Source: Epithemia pelagica
Taxonomy: Eukaryota; Protista; Bacillariophyta
NCBI GenBank assembly: GCA_946965045.2
Contig: OX337239.1
Location: forward strand, 3,224,001-3,288,000
DNA length: 64,000 bases
Direction: 5' to 3'
Shown piece by piece: positions 44,730 through 56,386 of this stretch. Numbering within the stretch: the first letter of the stretch is position 1; each line of letters begins with the position of its first letter. Below the pieces are notes generated by a model. It saw only the letters and a program-made list of their open reading frames with translations. It had not been told where the DNA came from and did no database searches. The translations under genes and the position numbers were made by a program.

Positions 44730-45948
44730 ATGACAACGAGACTGCAAAATCAAGCATGTCAGTCCGGCCTTGTCTTATCGGACGACAAAGCAGAATGGAA
44801 TGAAAACGGTTGGCCTCCTCTCGAGGGTGGATGGCGTTCGTTTCATGCATCGGTCGTACTAAATCATCCCGTTGCAAACAGTCGTGGTGATGGGAGGATA
44901 TCAACGAGGTCCAGGCGGGCTCGATTCCGTTCTTGTATTAAATTTAGCAGATCCAAACAAGCACTGGCGCGAAGGACCACCCATGAACAAGAGTCGTCGA
45001 GGACATGCCGCTGCTGCGTGCAACGGAAGCGTCTACGTGATGGGAGGATACTCTGAAGGTTCATGTTTAAATTGTATCGAACGAATTGACGTACAGGATT
45101 TGCTGCAATCACCATTAACAACCACCACCACTCAGGATAGTCATTGGACGACATTGACATGTCGATTATCAACGAAACGAAAAGGATGTTGTGCTGTTGC
45201 GGTTCACAACCGAAACATCGTCGTAATGGGTGGCGATGGCTGTGGTCGAACGTTGTCGTCGGTCGATATTATTGATACCTGGACCCACACTGTCACTGCA
45301 GGACCAAGCATGAACATTCCTCGACAATTTTGTTCCAGTGCGGTCATTGGACACCGCATCTATGTCCTTGGAGGCGAAGAAGAGCATGACCATATTCTTG
45401 ACTCGGTGGAGTATTTAGACTGTGCAACACCCCGTGACAATCATGAGACAAAGGAGCAGACTGGCTCGACATTCATTTCTTTCTCGTCCAGTTGGATCAC
45501 TCATTCTGATTTGGTGCCTTCCAATGCACGAATTTCTTGTGCAATGGTTGCCGTGGGATCTTGTCTGGTGGTGGCGGGAGGATGGAGCAATTCAACCGTG
45601 GAAGTCTTGGATACGCACCGCAACCGCGTGTGGAATCTCCCGCCATTCACTAATAACCGCCATGGTTGCACTATGGTGACTGTTGCCAATCATGTTGCCG
45701 TGATTGGTGGATGGGACAATCCTACCTGTGCGACGTTACCACTTCTGGATAGAAATTCGTGGTGTTTTCGTCGACTCTTTAAGCAGCCTCGGAACGAATG
45801 GTATTATTGTCTAGAAAGATCGGGTAACAAAGATGTCAATGTAACATCCAGGACCATTTCGACATCCGCTCTTAAACGATTGAGGACCAATTGGATGGCA
45901 CTTGAAATGTGCAACAAGTTGAACGGCCATGAGCTTGGCACGATATAA
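44730..45948 (+). pseudogene. Kelch K8, frameshifted in the first blade
   Basis: ATG 44730 (MTTRLQNQACQSG); net 11-nt loss versus K4/K6 at ~44871 shifts the frame; the remainder (44872-45948) is open. Confidence 0.85.
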
Positions 45949-46628
45949 TGGTCATTATACTCTCGTACAAAACAGGAGATCGTGTCCATCCTAAGTTACG
46001 TTGTGAATCATAAAAGTTAATGAAAAGCTCTAAATCACTAAAACCATACACGAGTGGCTTGCTCTGTCGAAAAAGACATCACTCTAGACTGCTTTCAAAG
46101 AGCAACTCCTAGTATGGTTTGAAGGCACTCACCTTGTATGGAAGATGACCGCACATGAATTTCCTTCTGAAGTCATGGCGTTTGTGGCAGTCGGATCCAT
46201 GCACCACCATGGTCAGTTATCCGTGTCGTAGATAATGAGATGTTACAGCGTCCGCCATGGCACTGCTGTCCTCTGCAAACCTGTGGATATCTGGCAACCA
46301 CTCTTGGGTGGATGGCCATGGTTCCGTTCCCTCTCTGTACTGTTGAAAACTTTCTGGTCTTGATCAGAATGAATCTTCTTTCAATGGAAGATCACGGTCT
46401 TTCATGGTCTCGTTTCATCTTTTAGGCAAAGAAGGAGCGGCCTGAAGTGTGTCTCTTCAAGTGATGGCACATAAGGAACGAGAGTGTCGCTGGGACCATG
46501 ACCTGATAGTTGTGGGACAGTCGGTGGGGCCATGGACTGGTAGCAATGGCTGGATCCGACAGCAGCCAACACAGTTTGTCTTCGTTTTGTTTTCGTTGCG
46601 ATGGCAGCAGTGCAAAGTATACTTCCCC

Positions 46629-46755
46629 TGTTGCAGGCAGGACACGTTTATCGTGGGTCGTCGTCGATTCCTCTTCCTTGGTGCCAATGTCTCGTTGTAA
46701 AGGAACCACCTGTTGCAGGCAAGACAGGTTTATCGTGGGTCGTCGTTGATTCCTC
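46629..46755. repeat. 82-bp direct repeat (~1.5 copies)
   Basis: TGTTGCAGGCA.GACA.GTTTATCGTGGGTCGTCGT.GATTCCTC at 46629 and 46711. Confidence 0.8.
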
Positions 46756-48305
46756 ATTCATGGTGTCACTGTCGTTGTGGAGCAACCAATCCGTCGACGC
46801 GGTACAAATATTGGTGGTGCTACGATTCCCAAGACTATGCTTCTGGTGGGCCTTGTTCCGACAAGGCAACTGTGTTTTGGAAGTCGTCATTTGATGGTGA
46901 TGCATCGATCGACCTGTTGTGCAAGAGACGATTGTTCTTGTTGTTGGTGTTTGGCTGCTGTTGGTGGATCAGGGATTGTGATTTTTCACTTCTTGTCGTC
47001 ATCCTTGATGAAAGAGATAGACGATTCGTATAGTTGGTGTTGTTTGGATGGATCAAGGCGATTCTTGTTGTCACTGTTGTCCACTTCTGATGGTTCTTCG
47101 TGGTGGAAATCGAGCATGGATGGTTTCTGCTTCTATACTTTGGTTTTGTTATTGGTTACACCACTCCACCACGACAATCTTTGTACCTCGAGCTAATCGG
47201 CAGAATCAGCAAGAAGCGACAACAAGCACAAGAGGGGCTATATGACAAACTCCCCGAACAAAACCTTGCCACGAGTAGGACAGGAATCTTGATTGATTGT
47301 CAAGTCTGGCTTCTCTTTTTTGTCGTGAAATCCTCATCAAGTTTGGCTCTATTTTGGCTGTAGGTCCTTTTGCCGGAACCTCTGACACATAAAACTCTTG
47401 TACGTTCTCGACCCCAGGTGGATCCAAACGACGACTCCGCTGGTCTACCTTTTGTTCCTTGAACTCTTGTGGTTTTCAATCGAGACGACAAGTTCACCCA
47501 TTGGCAAATGTAGCACCGGTCCTGACTCCCACCGTCGCGAACGGAGGCCATTGAGCCAGTGCGATATGCGGCCGTCTGCACAATCATTGAACCGCATGCG
47601 CGAGCATTGCTGACAACCGGCGCAGACGGCACGAGACGGATTTGGCTCTCCCAAAAAGACCATGATTGATGGAGCCGGTATCAATACTGACATAGGAGAC
47701 CAACCTTTGCGGTCCAACCACATCCACGTGACATTCTCGAAAGCGATCCAAAGAAGACGACTGCAGGCGTCTGCTGCTAATGCAACACGAGAAGCAAGTC
47801 AGAATGGGATGGATGACATCATTTTCCTTCTGGTCCATCATGTCGTCGGATTCTCGTCTCTGTGTGATTGTACTTGTGGCCTTGCTGCCTCCACTATACC
47901 CGATGAGTGATGCCCATTCGAATCATTGGATCAAGAAGGCAAGAAGACCACTCTCTTGCAACATCTCTCTGTTGAAGTTGTTGTCGTTGTGAACTGACTG
48001 TATAGGACCAAGGGAAGAATTGTGTGGAAATTAGGGATTGTCAATCTGTGGACCTATTCATCATACAAAAGGACCTCTTCATCACAAATGCTGTCACTCT
48101 CTCCCTTTCGTCGTCGAGCAAAAGATACTTTTTGGGGCTTGTCATGAAATCTATGTGCGATTGATTTCCCTTCACCATCGTACGCAGGACAGGCACACCT
48201 TACGGTCTCCACGCAAAAAAAGCAAAGCGCTTCCACGCGTTGCTCTCAAAAATACTTTCTCTCGTGCTGCCATTTCTTGTCAACGTATTAGTAAAGCGCT
48301 GTACC

Positions 48306-49526
48306 ATGACAACGTTACTGAAAGAACAAGCATGGCAGTCGGGCCTTGTCTTATCGGACGAGACAGCAGAGTGGAATCAAAATGACTGGCCTCCACTTGT
48401 GGGTGGATGGCGTGCAGGTCTTGATCACCCCGATACGGACGGCAACGACAACAACAACAACAACAACAACAAGAGACAAACCGTCGTCGTGTTGGGTGGA
48501 TACCAGACAGTTCAAGGCGCGCTCGATTCCATTCTTGTATTAAACTTGGCAGAATCAACCAAGCAGTGGCGAGAAGGGCCACGCATGAACCAGAAACGTT
48601 CTGGACATGCCACTGTTGTGTGCAACGGTGGCGTCTACGTCATGGGAGGCTACAATGGAAGCTCAGTATTTGATTGTATCGAACGAATTGACGAAAATGA
48701 TTTGCTGCTATCACCTTTAACAACAAACATCATCACACATGCGAGTAATTGGACGACATTGACATGTCGGTTATCATCTGGACGACATGGGTGTTGTGCT
48801 GTCGCGGTTCACAACCGATACATCGTTGTAATGGGTGGATACAGCGATCGTTATTTGTCGTCGGTGGATATTATAGATACAAACAGCCACACTGTCATTG
48901 CCGGACCAAGCATGATTGTTCCACGACAATGGTTTGCCAGTGCGGTCATTGGTCACCGCATCTTTGTCGTTGGAGGTCATAACGATAATGGCCATCTTGA
49001 CTCGGTGGAGTATTTGGACAATGCAACACCCTGTGACAATGATGCGACAAAAAAGGAAACTGGCTCGACGTTCATATCTTTCTCGTCCGCTTGGATCACT
49101 CAGTCGGAGTTGAGGCTTTCCAATGCACAAAGTTCTTGTGCAATGGTTGCCGTTGGATCTTGTCTGGTGGTGGCGGGTGGACAAGGCCATTCAACCGTGG
49201 AAGTCTTGGATACGCGCCGCAACCGCGTTTGGAATCTCCCACCATTGGATAATCACCGCGACGACTGCAGTACGGTGACTGTTGCCAATCAAGTTGCCGT
49301 GATAAGTGGCTGGGGAAGTCCTACCTGTGCGACATTACCACTACTGGACAAGCATACGTGGTGTTTTCAACGACTCTTTGACCAGCAGTTCAACATATGG
49401 TGTCTATTTCGGGAAGGAAGGAATATCCAACATGCTGATAACTCGCCTTTCCCCACCTGGACATCAGATCGTAAACGAGCAAGGCCCCACACGCACCGTG
49501 GTGATGAAGGGAAGGATGGAACTTGA
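48306..49526 (+). CDS. Kelch-repeat protein K9 (in-frame loss of ~5 aa in blade 1; N7 run)
   Basis: ATG 48306; GGWRAGLDHPD versus GGWRAGHSSVVLNHLD in K10; blades 2-4 identical to K3. Confidence 0.88.
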   Translation: MTTLLKEQAWQSGLVLSDETAEWNQNDWPPLVGGWRAGLDHPDTDGNDNNNNNNNKRQTVVVLGGYQTVQGALDSILVLNLAESTKQWREGPRMNQKRSGHATVVCNGGVYVMGGYNGSSVFDCIERIDENDLLLSPLTTNIITHASNWTTLTCRLSSGRHGCCAVAVHNRYIVVMGGYSDRYLSSVDIIDTNSHTVIAGPSMIVPRQWFASAVIGHRIFVVGGHNDNGHLDSVEYLDNATPCDNDATKKETGSTFISFSSAWITQSELRLSNAQSSCAMVAVGSCLVVAGGQGHSTVEVLDTRRNRVWNLPPLDNHRDDCSTVTVANQVAVISGWGSPTCATLPLLDKHTWCFQRLFDQQFNIWCLFREGRNIQHADNSPFPTWTSDRKRARPHTHRGDEGKDGT

Positions 49527-50557
49527 AATTTGCAACGTACTGCATGTATGTCCTAACATTAGCGGAACTATATGGCATTATCATTTTACTCTCAAACAGT
49601 AGTTGGATTGTTTTCTTCATGGCATTGCGAACTATAGAGATATCATGTACACCGTTGTACTAGTAGAAAATGAAAGTTACACCATCCGGCATGAAACCGC
49701 AAACAGGAGTGGAGCCAGGCCTCGGGTAGATGTTCATGGTACCATGCCTCTCTGTGCTGTTGAATGGGTCGAGTTATCATGCTGTGGAAGATTATATGGC
49801 TACGTGCCCGAAACAACATGGCGCAGCGACTTATTTGGACGGTCATCTTCGTTCCGACCATGCGTTTAATTGTGTGGAGTCCGGTCCTTCTATGGCTAAT
49901 GCCTGCGTAAGAGGGCAGTGCCCCGTCTTTCGATGCTCGTGGCGGTTTTGGGTGACAGGACAATTGCGAATCCTTTGGAATTTTTCACACCGACGTGTTC
50001 GATATTTCCTCCAATACAGCAACTATTCTATATCATGAGGTCGGTAATTTGCTCGCAATGGACCGAACGGCAACACGGAATCGAGTCTCGTCGTTCCCAC
50101 ACCACAACCTTCCGAACTACGAACGCAGCCACAAATGAAGAAGTACCTAAATTGGACGAAACTGCTGACGGCGCTATTGCCGTGGAACCGGCTGTGTTCA
50201 ATTCCATCTTGGAAGTCGGAGCATTGACGGCGGCGACGACAACGACAACGAATCAGGAAACCTCCACCACCGCTATTCCCTGTCGCACTATTGCTCGTTC
50301 GAATGCTAATGCCTGGAAACAAGCTGCTCCCCATCGCAATGTCTTGCCTTTCAATGATACAAATACAACTCATAGATTAGTCTTTTTAACTCTAGACTGC
50401 CCAAGGCTTTTACGTCGCTTCCTCACAGACAGATCCAAAGATAGATACTGTCGCAGAAGTCGACCAGGAACACAGTAGAAAACACGATAGAAAACACGAT
50501 AAGGAAAGTAAGCCACACATAAAAGAAGGGAACTGAGAACCGGAAGGAGACACAGCT

Positions 50558-53500
50558 TTAGGGAGCGGACGGTTGGAAGAATCGCCTGAACCGGCGGCGC
50601 TGAGCCGCCAAAGCGCGATAAGGCCGTTGCCGGCGGGCGGCGTGGATCCGGACCAGGAAAAGGCGTTGGCGGCCGGGCGCATCCTGCAAACGAAACTCCA
50701 ACGGCCGCTGAAACAAGTCTTGGACGGGACGGGGTAAGCCCAGGGTACCGCGATCGTATTCCTCTTGGATGGAATGACGAAGCGCGGCCTGTTCCTGAGC
50801 CGCAGCCCGCCGAGCCTGGTGGCCGTTGCGGTGTTCCCACAGGTCCCAGGCGGTGTTCCACAGAAACTCAATAAATGCAGCTAGCCAACGACGGCCAGTA
50901 TTGCGTTTCCCAAAAACTGGTAGTAATCATTCTGACCAGCGGCCTTCGAAGGCGGCATCCCACCCAAGGAGACGCTGGGCCGCGACCGCGGCCGACAAGT
51001 TCGGAACGGCGGAGTAAAGAGGCGGAGGAGGCAGACCCTGGCGCCACAAGCGGAGGGCGGCCAGCACGTATGCAGCAATAGCAGGGTGGGTAAATCGGCG
51101 GGCCAACCATGTAGCCAGGGATTGGAGGGTTTTATCCCACAGACTGGAAACCTCGGAGTGTGGGCACTTGAACACGTGGAGGGCATTCTCCATCGGAAAT
51201 CCGCAGCGAGGACAAGAGGCGGAACGCCATTGACGGCGATGAACCATCTCGACACCAACGGCAGACCAGTTGGTGGTCGACTTCACAATCCAGTGTCGAC
51301 GATTCAGGGGTTGAGCGACAAAGGCGCTCCGATAGGCCTCCCAATGGACCATAGTTTCGGATCCAGTACCAAATTTCTCATGACGGTCGAGAAACTCCGT
51401 CAAGGGCGGTCCATTGACGTGACTCCGCAGAGCGGCGGTAAAGTCAGACAGGATCGTCGCCTGTCCCAAGACCACTGCCGGTACACGTCCCATGGGCAAC
51501 GGGGGAATGCAATCCGGGGCGAGGAGCTCGTACACCTGGGTAGCCCGCTCATCCATGAGCACATTTCTCAATGCCCATCGATCGAGTTCCTCTCGAGACT
51601 GAGAGGAGTCCTGATGTCCCCGGACATGATGTCCCTTCCAGAGCACCGTGGGCATGGATCGAAGGATATCCAGTGTAGCCGACACTAAATCCCAGCTCTT
51701 GTCCTGCACCGAAGCCGGTCGGGAGGATCGTAAGACGCGGCCCAAAACGCTCAGGCTATCGGTGGCCATATGAATTATACCGCCCTTTCCATGACCAAAA
51801 CGGACGAGACCGCGAACGAAAAGAGCAATATTGTAAAGGCCGTACAGCTCACTGCGAAACGAGTTGTGACTTGACGTAGGCCCAGGGACACGAACTCCAG
51901 CCGAAATCACTTCCAATTCATCAGCCGACGGAGAAAGACACCACGCGCAAGTGCCGTCCACTCCGGCCTGAGCCAAACCATCTGACACAGCTTCCAGAGT
52001 ACCGGTGTGAAGAGCGTCCACCAATCGCTGAATCGAAGCCTCACTTGGGCCCACGAACCAGTGCTGGCAGGGTAGAGGCAGCCACGCACAAGCCACCGCA
52101 ACTGCTGAGGGCGGGGGCCCGGGGCGGGGGAACTCCAACGGCAACTCCAGGGAACGAAGAGACCGTCCCTCAAGGCGAATCTGTGAGGAAGGACGGAACT
52201 TGCCAGTCAGAGGCCGTGAGACATCCGCGACGTAGAGGGGGGCACTGAGGCACAGAGCTGCAAAAAATCCGACCGTCTCGCCGCGAAACTCAAAGCGATC
52301 CTGGCCACGGCACCGTGGGAGTGGATGAAAGATTCGCCAGGACGTCGGAAGTGCCGGGGAAGCGGGAAGCGACAAGACAGGACAATAAAGCCGATCATAC
52401 CGTCCTGACCACAAGGCACAACTCCGAAACGCCAAGGAGCCGTCCCAGGAACCTAACACTCGGGAGACGCGACGAAAACGTCGGTCCACTCCGAAGGTGG
52501 TAACTAAGGCGTCTTGCCATCCTTTCCAATTAAGGCTAGAGGCGGGCGGGGTACGCGGCCAGTCCCAGGAGTGTCGCCGTCCGCACGGCCCACTGTCACC
52601 AGACCATGCCATCGCCATGATGTGTTGGTGGTCAGCCGTCACGATATCAGCCAGGGACGCCGCACGGAGGGACAATCTGCACCAATTGAGATCAGCCAAT
52701 TCATGAGGGGAACGAATGCCCGCGGCGTGAAACGCGTCCATGAGCCAACAATCACCCGCGCTAAGCAGCGGCATGTCCGTGATCTGGAGGTTTGGGATGG
52801 TGATCTGGTGGTGCCAGCAGAAGTCCCACGTAGACGTGATCCAGGTGGCTGTGGTGCACCGATGCCAAGTCGTGTACGAATGAGCAAAGGGGTGTCCGGG
52901 AAGCCCTAATTCGAGTTGCAAGGCTTGAAACGTGGCCCGTAGGAGGTAGCCTGTAATGGAGGTATCCGCAAAAAACTGAAGAATGGTTTTGACGTGCTCT
53001 ATACCTTGTTCCGTGTAAAGGTTGGGAACATCCAGCCCACCTCGATCCGGGGGACCGTAGACCACCGCACGCGGCATACTGCGAACAATATGCGAGCGAC
53101 TGAGCGCCACTTGTAATAAGGGGTGCATCAAGCGGCGACATTGGTCTTCCGAGAACGTTGAAGCCGGCAGCGGGTAAGCTAGGGTTTTCAAGATACCCGT
53201 TTTGAAGGCTGTCCACACCATGTGATAGGGCAACCGTCGGGTGCGAAGGGTGTCCGTCCAGTCCGCTATCCTCTGGCGCAAATACTCGAACTCGGCAGCC
53301 ATGTTGCCATCGGGGGCCGCGCAAATGCCTAATGTGCGACGAGCATGAGAGGGATCCAGTTGTTCAATCTCAACTTGTCGGCCAGAGGGCGACCGGACCC
53401 GTAACAGAAAGGAAGCATCTTGAGGGCGGAGCATTTCCCATCCACCATTCCGCCATCGAAAATCCAACAGGTACCAGTGGCATTTCTGGGGAACCAAAGC

Positions 53501-56317
53501 TCCTCCCGAAGCGCGGAGAGAAGCCTCCCAGAACACCACACTTTGCTGCATACGGGTTGCAACCGCAGCTAACCGATCCGAATCACACACGCTGACGTCG
53601 GAGGGCGGAAGGTTCACGACTAGGTCCGTGTCATCGACGAAGGCGTAGCCGACGAAGATGTATTGATCTCCAGACAGAGGAAGCCGAAGAAAGATACCAT
53701 AACCTCGTTGCCGCATCGAATTGAAGATCGGCGTGCTCACGACCGCCCAGATGGCGGGGCCGCCTCCATTACCCTGACCAATCCCTTGCACCGGCAGATC
53801 GTGGCCTCCGGCTTCAAAGAACACTGCAGAGTCCCCGTACGCCGTGCGAATATAATGACGGAGGGATTGAATAGGACGAAGTGAGGCTTCGACCAATGGG
53901 ATCGGAACGCCACACCGACGCATCGCGAGATCAGCAGCCGTATGACCGATGCGGTCATAGCATGATTTCGCGTCGTTGGAGCATAGGGCCCCTGGCCGGC
54001 GTTGCTGCCGGAACAAATCAAAGGTGAGAACTTTGTTGAGTCCTTGATAAATGGCACTATGGAATTTCCGGCTCCCGTATTGTTCCGGGGCCAAGAGCTG
54101 ATGTTGCTCGGCGTAGGCCATCATCGTGCGTCCCAGAGCTTTATTATTCTGATTGTAGTCTGCCTCGTAAAGCAGGATTGTTCTGAGCTTCGAGACCTTG
54201 GCAACGCCAGGTTTCTTTTCGAGCATTACGTTCAAGCCAGAGGTCCATCGACTAGGGACGTAACCGGTCAAAGTCGGGATGCGGGAAAGGGCCGCGTCGA
54301 CCGCCCCAAGGTGCGGCGACCGAGCATGGGCAATAAAGTGCCCAAAATGAAGCCCAGAGCGGCCCGAGGCCGTGTGTTCGCGCATTTTAGCCCATCCAGA
54401 AGCGTACGCCGTGGTCCGAAAGTCCGGGACAGCAGGGGCAGTATCGAGCAGGCCAACCGGACGTCGATGCTGGGCCAGGTAGGCCTTGGCCGGTTCCGAA
54501 ACCAAGGAGGACAACTCCACCGGTATCGTCCCTTTATGTAGGAGCTCCGTCGACGCCGGCGAGCACCCAGTGGGTCCCAATATATCAATCACTCCGGTCT
54601 GGAGCAGATCGGTGCCAGAGGCTTGCCGAAACCGGCGATCGTTCTCTATAAGACATCCTTGTTCAATCGCTTCTTTAGTCGTGACTTCCATCCAGGCTCC
54701 GTTCCATTCGCCATCCTCCCAGGCGCCGTCGCCGACGGGTACCTCGATTCGATCTAAACCCCGACGAGCTGAGGGCTTGAAAATTGACTTAATCACTCGC
54801 GCCTCCCGTCGTTGCCGTTCACGGGTAGCCATAACCTTGATGGCCGACGCTTGCGATTCAAGCCCAGCATCCGCCCGAGCTTGGGCCAACCGAGCTAAAT
54901 GGGTGGTCCGATCGGCGGCGGCAGATATCCTGGCGCATTTATACGCTTCCCAAGCACTATCCCGCTGGTGTTGAAGCACCGCCACATCCAAAGGGTCGGG
55001 AATGTCGATACCCAGTTTGGTAGCTAACCGGTGAAGATATGACCAACTAACCCGATTGCCCAGAGCTTTGTGGAGAAGCCGATCCCACAGTCGATGCGTT
55101 AGAAGAGCGCGGCTCAAGGACGGTGACCAGGGCAGATGGCCGGTGCGTAAACGCCGGCACTTGGATTCGGCCTGAACTATACCCGTCACTCGCAGGTGAT
55201 CCAGATGCTCCCATTCCGTAGCAAGAGCTGGCGTCCAGAGCCCCGTGGAGGCCGCTTGTTCCAGCCGGAATGCCCGGGCTGGAATGTCATTGTCTTGATA
55301 AAAGCGGTTTAGGAAACCATTATACCGGGACACCACTCTGGGATCAGAACACTGAAGCCGACGGGCCGTACTGGGTTGACTGGCTCCCGACGACGTCCCG
55401 AGACGAAACAGGTCTTGGACATCCAAGTCAGTCCACTCCGGACGGTGATCCCCGAGTGTAGAGCCGAACGGGAGATATCCACACGACGAGCTAGGGAGCA
55501 CCGAAGACAAGAAAATACCGTCAATAGGGTGTGAACCGCGTTGGTGGGTGGGTGGAGCTCGAGACCCATCATGGCGAGAGAAAACAGCATCACGCATACG
55601 GAAGGGGGCGAAGCAATTGGTGACAGGATTCGTAGGGGCCCGAAGGTCCTCGTTTGCGTCCATGCATACGACAAAATGATCATCCGATTGTTGCAGTTCC
55701 TCCAGGAACACCGCTAAATCCTCCAGGAAGGCTTGAAGGGGATCCGTCAGTCGAACAGGATTCAATCCATCAAAATGGACTCTGTGTTGAGACCAGACTG
55801 AGAAGACGTCACGGGAGTTGAACACCGGCCGGTAGGCACTCACGATGACCAGGGTCTGACCCCGGACTCCGCGGAGACGAGCCCAGACCCAGCGTCCCAA
55901 ACCAGAGGGATCCGTGCCACTTGACATCACGCGATCGCAATGCGCGTCCCGGATGATCAATGCCACTCCACCAGGTTGCCGAGCCGACGGGCTAGGAAAC
56001 TGCCAAAACCAAGCTGTTTTGCAGAATGTAGTCCGAAACCAAGGGCGAATAATCTGAGACAAATGAGCAGTGTCCTCGACATGCTGCCACGCAATATTAG
56101 TCTCAGATAAACATAACACATCCACATCGTTCGATAGCATAAAGGCCTGAAGGTCGTGATACTTTGGGTGATGGCCGTAGGTAGGTAATCCAGCCGAATT
56201 CAGAGCCACTATCCACAAATACCGGTCTGACGTTCGAGCGTGAAAAGGATCCCCCCAGCAGTCACCACCACAGTCGGCGGAGTTGACCGAGAACAACGCC
56301 ATCTCGCCGCTCCTCAT
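50558..56317 (-). CDS. LINE ORF2: APE endonuclease, RT, RNase H, CCHC finger; open 56317-50927, with the tail (WDLWEHRNG) continuing in frame to 50558 after a lesion at ~50910-50929
   Basis: LNSAG, LSETN, SAYRP, MDANE, IDGI, GDHRP (APE); QGIGQGNGG, FVDDTDL (RT); SDG, RSELYG, TDS, HVRGHQD (RNase H); CPRC-x8-H-x3-C. Confidence 0.9.
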
Positions 56318-56386
56318 TGCACTTAGCCCCTCGGTGGAACCAGCCCGAGATGAGGACTCGGCCCGGCCCGGCCCGGGGCATCAGAA

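Noticed and set aside
44871-44881. GT...AG mini-intron that might rescue K8
   Set aside because: Only 11 nt long, and removing it does not restore the frame.
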